Assembly (NCBI GenBank): GCA_034530615.2
Contig: JAVRCV020000071.1
Location: forward strand, 64,001-128,000
Length of the DNA stretch: 64,000 nt
Reading direction: 5' to 3'
Source: Aulosira sp. ZfuVER01
Lineage (GTDB): Bacteria > Cyanobacteriota > Cyanobacteriia > Cyanobacteriales > Nostocaceae
Of this stretch, positions 31,226 to 42,236 are shown in pieces. Under the pieces are notes generated by a model, which worked only from the letters and a program-made list of their open reading frames with translations, made no database searches and had not been told where the DNA came from. How positions within the stretch are numbered: position 1 is the first letter of the stretch; each line of letters opens with the position of its first letter. A program made the position numbers and the translations under genes.

Positions 31226-33064
31226 ATGTCCCTCTACCCACAAATCAAACAATTTTTACTCGGTAAATCCTTACCAAGCAGCGCTCATAGTGAAGAGCGA
31301 TTGAGTAACGCTGCGGCTTTAGCAGTGCTTTCCTCAGATGCGCTTTCCTCTGTGGCTTATGCTACAGAAGAAATCCTGCTGGTTCTCGTCGCAGCCGGAA
31401 GTGGTGCTTTGGGTTTGTCTCTACCTATTGCGATAGCGATTATCATCCTGCTGGGCATAGTTGTGCTTTCCTATCGGCAAACCATTCGTGCTTATCCTAA
31501 AGGCGGTGGTTCTTACATCGTTGCTAGAGAAAACCTCGGTATTTACCCAGGTCTAGTGGCAGGGGGTTCGCTGATGATTGACTATATTTTGACAGTCACA
31601 GTCAGTATATCTGCGGGTACAGCCGCCCTGACTTCAGCAATTCCTGCACTACGACCTTTCACAGTTAGCTTGTGCTTAATTTTCATTTTCTTGTTGATGC
31701 TGGCAAATCTCAGGGGTGTTAAGGAATCAGGCAGAATATTTATGATTCCTACCTATGCGTTTATTGCCAGTATTTTTGTGCTGATTGGTATTGGTTTGTT
31801 CAAACACGCTACTGGGGAAGTAGTAGCAGCATATCCTCCCATTCCCGTGCAAGAAGGACTGAGTTTGTTTTTCATTTTGCGAGCTTTTTCCGCTGGCTGT
31901 ACAGCACTTACCGGAGTGGAGGCTATCTCTGATGGAGTCTTAGCATTTAAGGAACCAGAATGGAAAAATGCCCGCCTCACATTGCTTTATTTGGGCGTTA
32001 TTCTGGGGCTGATGTTTATTGGCATCACTTATTTATCCAATATGTATCATCTGGTGCCAGAAGAGGGACAAACAGTAGTTTCTCTTTTAGGTAGACAGAT
32101 TTTGGGAAATGGCCCATTTTACTATTTTGTCCAAATTGTCACCCTGTTGGTTTTGCTGTTAGCGGCAAACACCAGCTATGCAGATTTCCCCAGACTTTGC
32201 TACTTTTTGGCGCGAGATGGCTTTTTACCCAGACAATTATCCCTATTAGGCGATCGCTTAGTCTACTCAAACGGTATTATTCTCCTGAGCGTTTGTGCAG
32301 GGATTTTAGTCATTATCTTTAAAGGACAAGTGAACGCCGTTATTCCCCTGTATGCAGTTGGTGTATTTACTTCCTTTACACTTTCGCAAGCTGGGATGGT
32401 GCGTCACTGGTTCCAATCACGAGAATCAAATTGGCGTGCTAGCGCGCTTATGAATGGTTTAGGAGCCATTGCGACAGCTGTTGTACTGGGAGTAATTATT
32501 TCAACTAAGTTTCTTTTGGGAGCTTGGCTAGTAGTAGTAGCTATTCCTTTAGTAGTGGCCCTATTTTTCAGCATTCACCGTCACTATCAATATGTAGCTG
32601 AACGTCTGAGTGTTCAGGATATGGCACCTCGCAGTTATATTCCTCGACCTCAACCAACAGTAATTACTCATCCAGCTGTAGTGGTAGTAGGACAACTTAA
32701 CCGAGGAACAGTAGAAGCTTTAGACTATGCACGCACCATCGCTGATGAAATTGTGGCAGTGCATGTAGATATTAACGGTTCTACAGACAGAGAAAAACTG
32801 CAATCAAAATGGCGACAATTAGAGTCTGACATTCCTTTAGAAATTATTGACTCACCCTATCGCTCTGTGATTGAACCAATTGTCGATTTTGTCGCTCACT
32901 TCGAGGAGCATCATCCAGATGTTTTCACAACTATTATTATTCCTGCTTTTGTGACTCGCAACTGGTGGGAGAGTCTTTTACATAACCAAACAACCTTGTT
33001 CTTAAAAACAGCTTTAAGAGCTAAAAAAAGTCGAGTTGTTTCCACTGTTAGGTATTACCTCTAA
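31226..33064 (+). CDS. APC-superfamily permease, KimA/YdaO-like (putative K+ importer)
   Basis: SSDALSSVAYATEE, GGGSY, ALTGVEAISDG, C-terminal SPYRS and LHNQT; likely start ATG 31226. Confidence 0.85.
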   Translation: MSLYPQIKQFLLGKSLPSSAHSEERLSNAAALAVLSSDALSSVAYATEEILLVLVAAGSGALGLSLPIAIAIIILLGIVVLSYRQTIRAYPKGGGSYIVARENLGIYPGLVAGGSLMIDYILTVTVSISAGTAALTSAIPALRPFTVSLCLIFIFLLMLANLRGVKESGRIFMIPTYAFIASIFVLIGIGLFKHATGEVVAAYPPIPVQEGLSLFFILRAFSAGCTALTGVEAISDGVLAFKEPEWKNARLTLLYLGVILGLMFIGITYLSNMYHLVPEEGQTVVSLLGRQILGNGPFYYFVQIVTLLVLLLAANTSYADFPRLCYFLARDGFLPRQLSLLGDRLVYSNGIILLSVCAGILVIIFKGQVNAVIPLYAVGVFTSFTLSQAGMVRHWFQSRESNWRASALMNGLGAIATAVVLGVIISTKFLLGAWLVVVAIPLVVALFFSIHRHYQYVAERLSVQDMAPRSYIPRPQPTVITHPAVVVVGQLNRGTVEALDYARTIADEIVAVHVDINGSTDREKLQSKWRQLESDIPLEIIDSPYRSVIEPIVDFVAHFEEHHPDVFTTIIIPAFVTRNWWESLLHNQTTLFLKTALRAKKSRVVSTVRYYL

Positions 33065-33093
33065 CAGAATTTTCTCAAAATTACATATACATT

Positions 33094-33136
33094 AACCGGG
33101 TTTCTCTGCTTTATAGCAGTAAAAACCCGGTTTTTT
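33094..33136 (+). terminator. Putative intrinsic terminator between convergent genes
   Basis: AACCGGGTTT...AAACCCGGTT plus T run. Confidence 0.7.
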
Positions 33137-33172
33137 AATGTCTTGGTAATTTTTGCTTTCGTAAAATACAGT

Positions 33173-36100
33173 TCAGTTCTTATACACTGCTTTCATCGGA
33201 ATTTCAATCGCAAACTCTGTACCCTCGCCTAGTTTGGAGGAACATCGAATTTGACCGTGATGTTTTTCCACTATTATTTGATAGCTAATAGATAACCCTA
33301 ATCCTGTACCTTTACCTAGTTCTTTGGTAGTAAAGAAGGGTTCAAAAATGTGCGATCGCACTTCTTCTGGAATCCCCAGACCATTATCAGCTATTTTAAT
33401 TAAAATTTGGTTGTTGACTATTTGAGTATTAATCCAGATGGTTAAGGGAATTGCTGGGCTGGTTTTTGATGATTTCAAATATTTTTCTTGTAGAGTTTTA
33501 TATTTGTCCTCTAATGCATCTACGCTGTTACTCAGGATATTCATTAGCACCTGATTGAGTTGTGCAGGATAGCATTCTACTAAAGGTAAGTCACCATATT
33601 CTTTGACAATTTCAATAGCTGGGCGCTCTCGATTATTTTTAAATCGATGTCCTAAAATCAGTAAAGTACTATCCAATCCTTCATGAATGTCTACTGCTTT
33701 TAATTCAGCCTCATCTGTACGAGAGAAATTACGCAATGATAGTACAATTTGGTGAATTCTCTCTGTTCCTACATTCATCGATTCAATAGTTTTGGGTAAA
33801 TCTTTGATAATAAAATCCAATTCAGGTTTATTAATTTGCTTTTGAATATCTGGTAATAAACTATCATTTTGGCGGTAAAGTTTCACTACCTTTAGCAGTT
33901 CTTGAGTATATTCATTTAAATGAATGAGATTACCAAAAATAAAACTGACAGGATTGTTAATTTCATGAGCAACTCCGGCAATTAGTTGTCCTAAGCCAGC
34001 CATTTTTTCACCCTGAATTAACCGCGATTGAGTTTGTTTTAACTCTTGTAAAGCTTGTGTAAGTTCTAAAGTTTGACGTTTAGTGCGTTCGAGTAATTCC
34101 CCTTGCTGAATAGCAATTCCTAATTGCACGCCTACTTGAGCCAATAAATTGATTTCTTCATCTTTCCAATAGCGTGGTTGGGAATTTTGATAAGCAACTA
34201 GTAACCCCCATAATTGTTCACCTTGTCGGATGGGAACAAAAGTTTCGTTGCGTGGTAGCTCGTTATCATCGTCTGTATCTTCAAAGGTTTCTAGAAGCAT
34301 GGGTTGGGCTTGCGTTAGAGGTTTCCAACCATCTTTGAAGGAATCTGCCACAAATTTACCACTCCAATCTGTGTTAAAGCGGTAGATAGCAACTCGCTCA
34401 ACTTCAAGCAATTCCCTAACAGCTTGAGTAGTAGTTTTAAAAATAGTTTTAATGTCGAGAGATTGGCGGATTTTATCAACGGTTGCAGCTAGCAGCTTTT
34501 GCCTTTCCATTGCTTTTTCTCGCTCAGTAGCTTCTGCTAACTGGACAGCCTGCATTTGAAATTGCTTTAAATAAGAATCTTGTTTTAATGCCACTCCTAA
34601 TTGCTCGGCTATTTGACTCACAAATTCAATTTCCGAGGGTTGCCAATGACGAGGTGCATCACATTGATGAATACAAAGTAATCCCCAAAGTTCGCCGTTT
34701 TTTAACAGAGGTGCAACCATATTTGCACGCACTTGAAATCTTTCTAGTATTTGGATATAGCAGGCTTGAAACTTTCCTTGATAAATATCAGCGATCGCAT
34801 TGACTCGACCTTGCGCGTAAAGATGTGCAAAACTTTCACTAAAGCAGTGATCGTAAACTTTTTCTGCTATTGCAGAATTCCAGTCGGGAGCGACATCTTC
34901 ATAGACAAATTCTCCTTCCCAGTCTGTTTGATGGTCAAAGCGAAAAACCCCGACTCGGTTGGCTTTGAGTAGTTGTCTGACTTCGGTGACAGAGATTTGA
35001 AAAATTGTGTCTAAATCTAAAGACTCACGAATTCGAGCAATGACACCAGTTAAGGTCTTTTGTTGCTCTGTCTGGTATCGGGCTTCTACTAAAAGTTCAT
35101 TGTGTTGAAGGACAACTCCCAAGTTCTCTGCTATTTGACTGACAAATTCAATTTCAATAGTCTGCCAAGTTCGAGGATTATTGCATTGATGAACACACAA
35201 AAAGCCCCATAAATTCCCTCTTTTCAGCAAAGATACTACCAGATTTGCCCGGACTTGGAATTTGTTCCAAATCGCAACATCTGATTCATTTAATCCAGCG
35301 TCCGAGATATCTGTAACTACTTGCAAAAGTCCTGGTTGGTTATCAGCTGCAAACTGTTCCTTAAAATATTGGTCGGCGACTTTTGCTGCGATTACCGAGT
35401 CCCAACCAGGTACAACATCTTCAGAAATAAATTCTCCTTCCCAGTCTTTTTGAGGGTCAAATTGGAAGACTGCTACTCGGTCTGCTTGCAGCATTTGCCG
35501 CACTTCTGTAACTGTAGTTTGGAAGATTTTATCTAAATCCAGGGACTCGCGAATGCGAGTAATGACGCCAGTTAATGTTTTTTGCTGCTCTGCTTGGTAC
35601 TGAGCTTGGGCTAGCAACTGATGATGTCGCAATGCTACACCAATTTGTGTGCCAATTTTGGTTAGTGATTCAATTTCATAAGATTGCCATTGTCTGGGTG
35701 CAGAATTTTGATAAGCTGCAATGATTCCCCAGAGTTGGTTTCCTTGAAGAATGGGGGCTGTTGCAAAGGCTTTTGCCTGAAATTGCTCTAACAAGTTCAC
35801 GTGACAATCTGTTAATCCAGCTTGATAAATGTTATTGGCTGTAAATGTCTGATTGTTAACGTAACGTCCCCCTTGATTTTGCTGTAAATAAGTATCAGCG
35901 ATCGCAGACTGAACGTTAACTAAGGGAGTCCAACCTTCAGCTAGTGATTCAGCAACAAAATTACCAGTCCAATCGCCATTAAAGCGAAAGATTGCCACTC
36001 TGTCAGCTTGCAACAAGTCGCGTATTTCTTGAGTTGTCGTGGCAAAGATGCTTTCAATATCCAGAGGCGCACGTATTTTATCAACAATCTGAGCAATTAC

Positions 36101-36724
36101 GCGATCGCGCTGGGCAGCTTGAGCTAATTGTGCGGCTTGTAATTGGGCTTCATAGAAAAGCTGCGCTTGTTGAATCGCTACTGTTAGATGGTTAGCAATT
36201 TGGCGAATAAATTCAATTTCCGATTCTTTCCAGTTACGAGCTTCACTGCACTGATGAATACAAAGCAATCCCCACAGTTCCTTCTCCTTCAATAGAGGAA
36301 CAACCAGGTTGGCGCGTACCTGCATTTTACTCAAAATTTCTATATAAAAATCACTCAGTCCTGCCTCATAAATATTAGCGACAGCTTGCACTCGACCTTG
36401 TTGATACTCAGCAGCAAATTCTTCTCCAAAGTAGTGGTCATGGATTTTAAGTGCCATTACCGAGTCCCAACCATCTGCAACATCCTCGCAAACAAATTCT
36501 CCCTCCCAGTTATTTTGAGGATCAAACTGAAAGACTGCTACTCGGTCTGCATTCAGCAATTGCAGTACAGCTGTAACGGTAGTTTGAAAAATCGTTTCTA
36601 AGTCAAGAGACTCCCGAATTCGTACAATTACGTTCGTTAGAGCTTTTTGTTGCTCTAGTTGTTCTTGCAGTTGAGTGCTTGACAATAGAAGTTGATTTTC
36701 CGGAGAAGTTGAATTGAATTCCAT
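33173..36724 (-). CDS. Multi-GAF (cyanobacteriochrome) sensor histidine kinase
   Basis: Four full GAFs and one internally shortened GAF; H-box [32 protein letters not shown]. Confidence 0.93.
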   Translation of the reverse strand: MEFNSTSPENQLLLSSTQLQEQLEQQKALTNVIVRIRESLDLETIFQTTVTAVLQLLNADRVAVFQFDPQNNWEGEFVCEDVADGWDSVMALKIHDHYFGEEFAAEYQQGRVQAVANIYEAGLSDFYIEILSKMQVRANLVVPLLKEKELWGLLCIHQCSEARNWKESEIEFIRQIANHLTVAIQQAQLFYEAQLQAAQLAQAAQRDRVIAQIVDKIRAPLDIESIFATTTQEIRDLLQADRVAIFRFNGDWTGNFVAESLAEGWTPLVNVQSAIADTYLQQNQGGRYVNNQTFTANNIYQAGLTDCHVNLLEQFQAKAFATAPILQGNQLWGIIAAYQNSAPRQWQSYEIESLTKIGTQIGVALRHHQLLAQAQYQAEQQKTLTGVITRIRESLDLDKIFQTTVTEVRQMLQADRVAVFQFDPQKDWEGEFISEDVVPGWDSVIAAKVADQYFKEQFAADNQPGLLQVVTDISDAGLNESDVAIWNKFQVRANLVVSLLKRGNLWGFLCVHQCNNPRTWQTIEIEFVSQIAENLGVVLQHNELLVEARYQTEQQKTLTGVIARIRESLDLDTIFQISVTEVRQLLKANRVGVFRFDHQTDWEGEFVYEDVAPDWNSAIAEKVYDHCFSESFAHLYAQGRVNAIADIYQGKFQACYIQILERFQVRANMVAPLLKNGELWGLLCIHQCDAPRHWQPSEIEFVSQIAEQLGVALKQDSYLKQFQMQAVQLAEATEREKAMERQKLLAATVDKIRQSLDIKTIFKTTTQAVRELLEVERVAIYRFNTDWSGKFVADSFKDGWKPLTQAQPMLLETFEDTDDDNELPRNETFVPIRQGEQLWGLLVAYQNSQPRYWKDEEINLLAQVGVQLGIAIQQGELLERTKRQTLELTQALQELKQTQSRLIQGEKMAGLGQLIAGVAHEINNPVSFIFGNLIHLNEYTQELLKVVKLYRQNDSLLPDIQKQINKPELDFIIKDLPKTIESMNVGTERIHQIVLSLRNFSRTDEAELKAVDIHEGLDSTLLILGHRFKNNRERPAIEIVKEYGDLPLVECYPAQLNQVLMNILSNSVDALEDKYKTLQEKYLKSSKTSPAIPLTIWINTQIVNNQILIKIADNGLGIPEEVRSHIFEPFFTTKELGKGTGLGLSISYQIIVEKHHGQIRCSSKLGEGTEFAIEIPMKAVYKN

Positions 36725-37058
36725 TGCTCTTCGTTATGGGAATTTTCTTAAAAAGTTGCTTTCTACCAAACTTCTGTAGGGTTACAGACACTGCAAAATT
36801 TTTTCAGTGTCCAACTTCGAGAAGATAGTTAGATCTATATTTCCCGTTTATTTATCTATCTTTGCAATGGTTGAAGTTTTACTTGGATGAGCTACAAGCA
36901 TTAGAGGATAGGTAACAAAACTGTTGCTTCTCCCCCGTTTCCTCTGGGAAAATGGGCGATCGCGCATTCAAAATTGAATTCTAATTCCGGAAAATCTGCT
37001 GAGGTTTGATAGTACTTTGCTGGAGTAGGATCTTAATCAAGTACTTATACTGAGTATT

Positions 37059-37484
37059 ATGTCTAAACTACTGCCAGCCTTCTTAGCCGCTGTTACCCTT
37101 CTCATAACCTCAACTAATCACCCTAGTGCCACACTGGCAGGAACTTGTGCCTCTAAGTGCGGGCCGCGTCCAATTCAATTTACTCCCGGTCAATCCGTCC
37201 GCTTAGAAGTAGTAAATAGAACACGGGAAATAGTAAAATTAGAGAAAATCCAAGGAACTGACCCCATTCCCCTGCGACCAGGACAAGAATTACAATTTGT
37301 CCAAGGTGATGAAACACAACCAAAGATTTCTCTGGTGTTTTGGGATGAAATGGGATTGCCACTACAAGCCATTATTTCTAAACCCGACTTTGGTACTTTA
37401 CGAGTAGAACTCCGTCCTGGTAGACGTAACCCAGGCGATCGCTCTCTCTATATGATGAGTGATGGTCATGTCAATGTGTATTAA
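37059..37484 (+). CDS. Exported hypothetical protein
   Basis: Signal peptide followed by CASKC. Confidence 0.7.
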   Translation: MSKLLPAFLAAVTLLITSTNHPSATLAGTCASKCGPRPIQFTPGQSVRLEVVNRTREIVKLEKIQGTDPIPLRPGQELQFVQGDETQPKISLVFWDEMGLPLQAIISKPDFGTLRVELRPGRRNPGDRSLYMMSDGHVNVY

Positions 37485-37570
37485 AAGCTAGCAAAAGCGA
37501 TTACTTTACGCTATTAGTTATGAGTTAGGAAATAAGTTTAAATCAAAAATCCTAACTCATAACTTTTATT

Positions 37571-39703
37571 GTGCTAGATGTAGTTCGCTCAGAAACCACA
37601 AAACCTCGTAGGCGCTTACCAAATCAACGTTGGCAAATTTATCCGCAAAAAGCAGAATTTGCTCAAAAATTGGCTGTGGCAAGTCATATTTCTCCTATTA
37701 TCAGCCAACTGCTCATTAACCGGGGTATTGAAACCCTAGAAGCAGCACAAGCATTTTTAGAGCCAGAATCTTTAATCTTACCTGCGCCATTGGAAGAATT
37801 CCCAGATTTGGCAATCAGTGTAGAGTTACTGCAAAATGCGATCGCTTCTGAAGAAAAAATTGCGATCTGCGGTGATTACGATGCTGATGGAATGACTAGC
37901 ACCGCTTTACTGTTGCGCAGTCTCCGTGCTTTAGGGGCTAATGTTGATTACGCTATCCCCAGCCGAATGCATGATGGTTATGGTATAAATAAACGAATTG
38001 TTGAAGAATTCCACAGCGAAGGCGTAGGCTTAATTCTGACTGTCGATAATGGTATCTCCGCAGTTGAACCAATAGCCAGAGCCAGAGAACTAGGTTTAAA
38101 GGTAATTGTCACAGACCACCACGACATTCCCCAAAAATTACCAGAAGCGAATGCTATTCTCAACCCCAAATTGATCGCCGAATCTTCCCCTTACCGGGGT
38201 GTTGCGGGTGTAGGTGTCGCTTATATTTTGGCGGTGTCTCTCGCACAACAGCTTGGAGAAATTAGAGGCTTAGTTCAGCCGATGCTAGCACTATTTACTC
38301 TGGGAACGATCGCAGATTTAGCTCCCTTAACTGGCGTCAACCGCCGTTGGGTAAAACGTGGTTTACAGCATCTACCCAAGTCTAATTTACCTGGGATACA
38401 GGCTTTGATTCAGATAGCTGGAGTACAAGCGAGGAGGGAAGGACAAGGGGATACTGAGACACGGAGACAGGGAGACAATTACCTCACCGCGTCTTTGCGT
38501 CCCAACGTCCCCGCGTCTTCTACAAAATCCCTAAAGCCAGAGGATATTGGGTTTCGTCTGGGGCCAAGAATTAATGCGATTGGTCGGATTGGCGATCCGC
38601 AGATTGTGATTGATCTGCTAACGACCGATGATATGGGGATAGCGCTGGAAAGAGCGATGCAATGCGAAGGCGTGAACCAGCAGCGCCAGGAAATGTGTGA
38701 GCAAATTGAACAAGAAGCGATCGCTTATGTAGAGACTGAATTTGTCACCTCACTCCAGCAAGACCGGGTATTGGTTGTTGTTCAACCAAACTGGCATCAT
38801 GGTGTAATTGGAATTGTCGCTTCTCGCTTGGTAGAACGCTACGGTGTCCCGGTGTTTATTGGTACTTATGAGGATGAAACACACATTCGCGGTTCCGCAA
38901 GAGGAATTCCTGAATTTAATGTGTTTGAAGCTTTACAAGCTTGTCACGAATTATTAGGTAAATATGGCGGACACAAAGCCGCTGGGGGATATTCTTTACA
39001 AGCACAGAATTTATCAGCAGTGCGATCGCGTTTAATTGAGTTTGCCAATCAATGTCTGGAACCCCAGCATCTCAAGCCACTACTTAAAATTGATACCCAA
39101 GTAAATTTTAGTGAAATCGATCGCCAGCTTTATCAGCAACTGAATGCTCTACATCCTTGCGGTATCGACAACCCCGATCCGGTATTCTGGACACCTAATG
39201 TTCAAGTAGTTGAGCAACAAATAGTTGGTAAGGGTCACATCAAACTCACACTTGCGCAAACTATCGATCGTCAACAGTACAAGATTAAGGCGATCGCTTG
39301 GCGCTGGCGTGACTACTATCCCCTACCGTCGCGAGTCGATGTAGCTTATAAACTCAGAGAAAATACTTTCAATGGCAATACCAGCATTGAGATGGAATTA
39401 ATAGGCTTGAGACTTGCAACACAGTCTCACCTATTTTTCACTTCCCCACCACGTCCCTTAAGAACCACCTTTGAGTACAAGCAGCGCCAATATAGTTGTG
39501 GTATCTTTCAACAGGGTTCACTACCAGAATTAAGAATTAAAAATCCTGAAGGCAAAGTCTTAGTTATGCAACCAGGACATACAATTGGGTTACTGGGCAA
39601 TAGTCGGGAAGATGCTCAAGAGGTGGATGTTTGTCAACCACAGTACGACGGTATTATTCAAGCTGCCCTTCAGGCTTTATCCGTGCTGAGTCATGAATCC
39701 TGA
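37571..39703 (+). CDS. recJ: ssDNA-specific exonuclease RecJ
   Basis: GDYDADG, TVDNG, TDHH, GTIAD, PRINAIGR, GSARG, GGHKAAGG. Confidence 0.95.
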   Translation: MLDVVRSETTKPRRRLPNQRWQIYPQKAEFAQKLAVASHISPIISQLLINRGIETLEAAQAFLEPESLILPAPLEEFPDLAISVELLQNAIASEEKIAICGDYDADGMTSTALLLRSLRALGANVDYAIPSRMHDGYGINKRIVEEFHSEGVGLILTVDNGISAVEPIARARELGLKVIVTDHHDIPQKLPEANAILNPKLIAESSPYRGVAGVGVAYILAVSLAQQLGEIRGLVQPMLALFTLGTIADLAPLTGVNRRWVKRGLQHLPKSNLPGIQALIQIAGVQARREGQGDTETRRQGDNYLTASLRPNVPASSTKSLKPEDIGFRLGPRINAIGRIGDPQIVIDLLTTDDMGIALERAMQCEGVNQQRQEMCEQIEQEAIAYVETEFVTSLQQDRVLVVVQPNWHHGVIGIVASRLVERYGVPVFIGTYEDETHIRGSARGIPEFNVFEALQACHELLGKYGGHKAAGGYSLQAQNLSAVRSRLIEFANQCLEPQHLKPLLKIDTQVNFSEIDRQLYQQLNALHPCGIDNPDPVFWTPNVQVVEQQIVGKGHIKLTLAQTIDRQQYKIKAIAWRWRDYYPLPSRVDVAYKLRENTFNGNTSIEMELIGLRLATQSHLFFTSPPRPLRTTFEYKQRQYSCGIFQQGSLPELRIKNPEGKVLVMQPGHTIGLLGNSREDAQEVDVCQPQYDGIIQAALQALSVLSHES
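38431..38522 (+). repeat. In-frame palindromic repeat insert inside recJ
   Basis: GAGACACG/GAGACAGG units followed by CCGCGTC-type inverse units; encodes RREGQGDTETRRQGDNYLTASLRPNVPASS. Confidence 0.7.
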
Positions 39704-39801
39704 GTGTTTAGTTACTAGTTTTGAGTTGAGAATTTTACAATTTTCTACAACTCAACACTCTTTACTTAATACTCAGCACTCTTCACTCAGCACTCAATAC
39801 T
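39683..39801. repeat. STRR heptamer blocks (GTGCTGA / TCAGCAC), inverted, between convergent recJ and psb30
   Basis: Degenerate TGAGTNN units followed by ACTCAGC/ACTCAAC units. Confidence 0.75.
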
Positions 39802-39802
39802 T

Positions 39803-39925
39803 TTACAGGTTGCCGTTGCGAAATGCCAGCACAAAAATTACAGCAGGGCCAGCAAGCACAATCAAAGCAACAAAGAGTAATTGAAAAATAACTTCCCAAT
39901 TGATACTGGCTAAAGCTTCAAACAT
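39803..39925 (-). CDS. psb30: Photosystem II protein Psb30/Ycf12 (not in the ORF track)
   Basis: Manual translation [49 protein letters not shown]. Confidence 0.95.
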   Translation of the reverse strand: MFEALASINWEVIFQLLFVALIVLAGPAVIFVLAFRNGNL

Positions 39926-40127
39926 TTGTTTCCTCCCAATTGTCTTAAAAAATTCAATAACTGACAGTTACAAAACCCGCAATCGATCATATCCGGCGAT
40001 GGACTGCTAGATTTAATTTACTTAACAAAATTATAAAAAAAGAAATAAAAATGTAAGATCAGAGGACTGGACGATGACGGAAATAAGGGAAATGAGGGAG
40101 CAGAGAAAGAAATAACTATTGCCTTCT

Positions 40128-40176
40128 TGCCCAATGCCCCATGCCCAATGCCCAATGCCCAATGCCCAATGCCCAA
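40128..40176. repeat. STRR heptamer tandem repeat TGCCCAA x7
   Basis: Six perfect units and one TGCCCCA. Confidence 0.92.
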
Positions 40177-40193
40177 TAACAAATACCTAAATC

Positions 40194-40544
40194 ATGGCAA
40201 CTTGGCAATGTATCAAGCAATGTGGAGCCTGCTGTAATCTTGATCCAGCAGAGCGCCCAGACATAGAAGAGTACCTTTCACCCGCCGAATTGGAACTTTA
40301 CCTAAGTATGGTAGGTGAAGGCGGATGGTGCGTTAATTTCGACCATAATACGCGAGAATGTCGCATTTACCCAAATCGTCCTCGTTTCTGCCGCGTAGAA
40401 ACCGAAATATTTCAGGATATGTATGGAATTGAGCCAGAAGATTTAAACGATTTTGCGATTGACTGCTGTCGCCAACAGATAGAAGGAGTATATGGCGATC
40501 GCAGTTTGGAAATGATCCGCTTTAACAAAGCTGTTGGTATTTGA
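40194..40544 (+). CDS. YkgJ-family cysteine-cluster protein
   Basis: CxxxCGACC, C..FD...R.C.IYPNRPRFCR. Confidence 0.88.
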   Translation: MATWQCIKQCGACCNLDPAERPDIEEYLSPAELELYLSMVGEGGWCVNFDHNTRECRIYPNRPRFCRVETEIFQDMYGIEPEDLNDFAIDCCRQQIEGVYGDRSLEMIRFNKAVGI

Positions 40545-40652
40545 GCCAAACAAAGGTTTTTGAATTGGATTGCAGTTACGGTTGCAATTTATTACAACAA
40601 TCTGAGAAAATGAGAAGAATATGAAAACAACCTAGTAATAAAATTACTGCCT

Positions 40653-41084
40653 GTGAAACTTGACTCTGCACCCTTGAGCCTTTCTGGCATATCTCAGACT
40701 GAAAGCCAGCCAGAACTCAAAGAAAGTACCGATATTAACTTAACGACTGCGATCGTTGAGCCACTTCAGTCTGTAGTAGCCGATAGCCCAAAAAAGCCAG
40801 AATCAGTAGCAGTTATTTTTGGTACGACTTTCGTCACCATATTTCTAGCGGAAATTGGCGATAAAACTCAGCTATCTACCTTATTAATGAGTGCAGAATC
40901 TCATGCACCGTGGGTAGTTTTCATAGGATCTGCGGCTGCACTCATAACCACCAGTTTATTAGGCGTACTTTTAGGGAGTTGGATAGCCAACCGACTCAGC
41001 CCCAAAACCGTAGAGAAATCAGCAGGTGTGATGTTATTGTTCATTTCCCTCATGCTGTTTTGGGATGTAGTTATTGGTCATTAG
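40653..41084 (+). CDS. UPF0016 (TMEM165/GDT1) half-transporter 1
   Basis: Single EIGDKTQ motif; 3 TM. Confidence 0.9.
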   Translation: MKLDSAPLSLSGISQTESQPELKESTDINLTTAIVEPLQSVVADSPKKPESVAVIFGTTFVTIFLAEIGDKTQLSTLLMSAESHAPWVVFIGSAAALITTSLLGVLLGSWIANRLSPKTVEKSAGVMLLFISLMLFWDVVIGH

Positions 41085-41160
41085 TCAAGAGTCAAAGGTC
41101 ATTGGTAATTTCCTGTTTGTCTCCCTTGTCTTCCTCATCTCCCTCATCTCATTAAATAAT

Positions 41161-41448
41161 ATGGATTGGCATCTTTTAGGACTAAGCTTTATTACAGTTT
41201 TTCTATCAGAATTAGGTGACAAGAGCCAGTTAGCTGCGATCGCTCTTTCTGGTCGCAGTAATTCTCCGCGTGCTGTGTTTTTTGGTACTGCGGCTGCTTT
41301 ATTGTTAACTAGCTTGTTGGGAGCATTAGCAGGGGGAGCCGTTGCAGAATTTTTACCCACTCGCTTATTAAAAGCGATCGCGGCGGTGGGATTTGCCATA
41401 CTCGCCGCACGCCTGCTATTTTTTAACGATTCTGAATCTCAAGAATAG
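41161..41448 (+). CDS. UPF0016 (TMEM165/GDT1) half-transporter 2
   Basis: Single ELGDKSQ motif; start moved to ATG 41161. Confidence 0.9.
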   Translation: MDWHLLGLSFITVFLSELGDKSQLAAIALSGRSNSPRAVFFGTAAALLLTSLLGALAGGAVAEFLPTRLLKAIAAVGFAILAARLLFFNDSESQE

Positions 41449-41472
41449 ACAAGAATAAATATATTCAACAAA

Positions 41473-41501
41473 AAAGACGCCAAGAAGTTCTTAGCGTCTT
41501 T
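41473..41501. terminator. Putative bidirectional terminator
   Basis: AAAGACGCCAAGAA-G-TTCTTAGCGTCTTT with A/T tails between convergent genes. Confidence 0.65.
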
Positions 41502-41524
41502 ATTTTTTGCACAAGATGGGAATT

Positions 41525-42016
41525 TTAAGCTTGCTGTTTCCAGCACCAGTTTAAAAGCACACCACCTGTTACCAGCTTGATAACTTCTAGAACCCAATAA
41601 CTACCGTGAAGTAAATTCATTGTTGCTGGAATAGTAGTCTCTACATCAAATGCATTGAGATGAACTCCAATTGCACTCATCTGCGGAGTTAAGAAATAAG
41701 TATCAAGCAAAGCTATCGCCAACAGCAGCACAGATAAAACAATACCGCTCCGACGCCAGTTTACTTGAGTTCTGCTTAAAGCTAGTACACCAGTTAAAAC
41801 TACAGCAGCAGACAATAATTCCACACGATTAAAATTCCAAAAAATTACATAGCCAACTGTAGAAAAACTCGCTTGTGTCATCATGCCAGAAATGTACAGA
41901 CTAGGCATAATTACCCAATCTAAAATTAGGCTAGCACTGAGCCAAAAGCCTAAAGTTAATAAGACAGCAGGTTGCCAAAAGGACTGCTTGAATTGAAGGT
42001 TAGAAATAGTATGCAT
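41525..42016 (-). CDS. 4-TM membrane protein (DUF4149/TMEM205-like)
   Basis: Four hydrophobic helices; YFLTPQM..., LHG.Y..LE. Confidence 0.65.
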   Translation of the reverse strand: MHTISNLQFKQSFWQPAVLLTLGFWLSASLILDWVIMPSLYISGMMTQASFSTVGYVIFWNFNRVELLSAAVVLTGVLALSRTQVNWRRSGIVLSVLLLAIALLDTYFLTPQMSAIGVHLNAFDVETTIPATMNLLHGSYWVLEVIKLVTGGVLLNWCWKQQA

Positions 42017-42236
42017 AAGAATAATTGCTGTGTTGTATTCTTAGTTTCGATCTCTAAGCATGACTTTGACAACACTTATCAATTATCCGTTACAAAGAAA
42101 TTGTGACTTTCAATAGTAAATAGAACTATTGTTTAGTTTTATTACTAAAGTAGTCGTTGCAATAACTTTATTTAAAGTTGTTTGTGCTGTTGAGCGATCG
42201 CTTCAATCTGAATGATGAACATTGCAATAGTACAAC

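Noticed and set aside
41074..41160. N-terminal extension of the second UPF0016 ORF (likewise rplD, rplF, rpsE)
   Set aside because: Derived from intergenic short repeats; a better start lies downstream.
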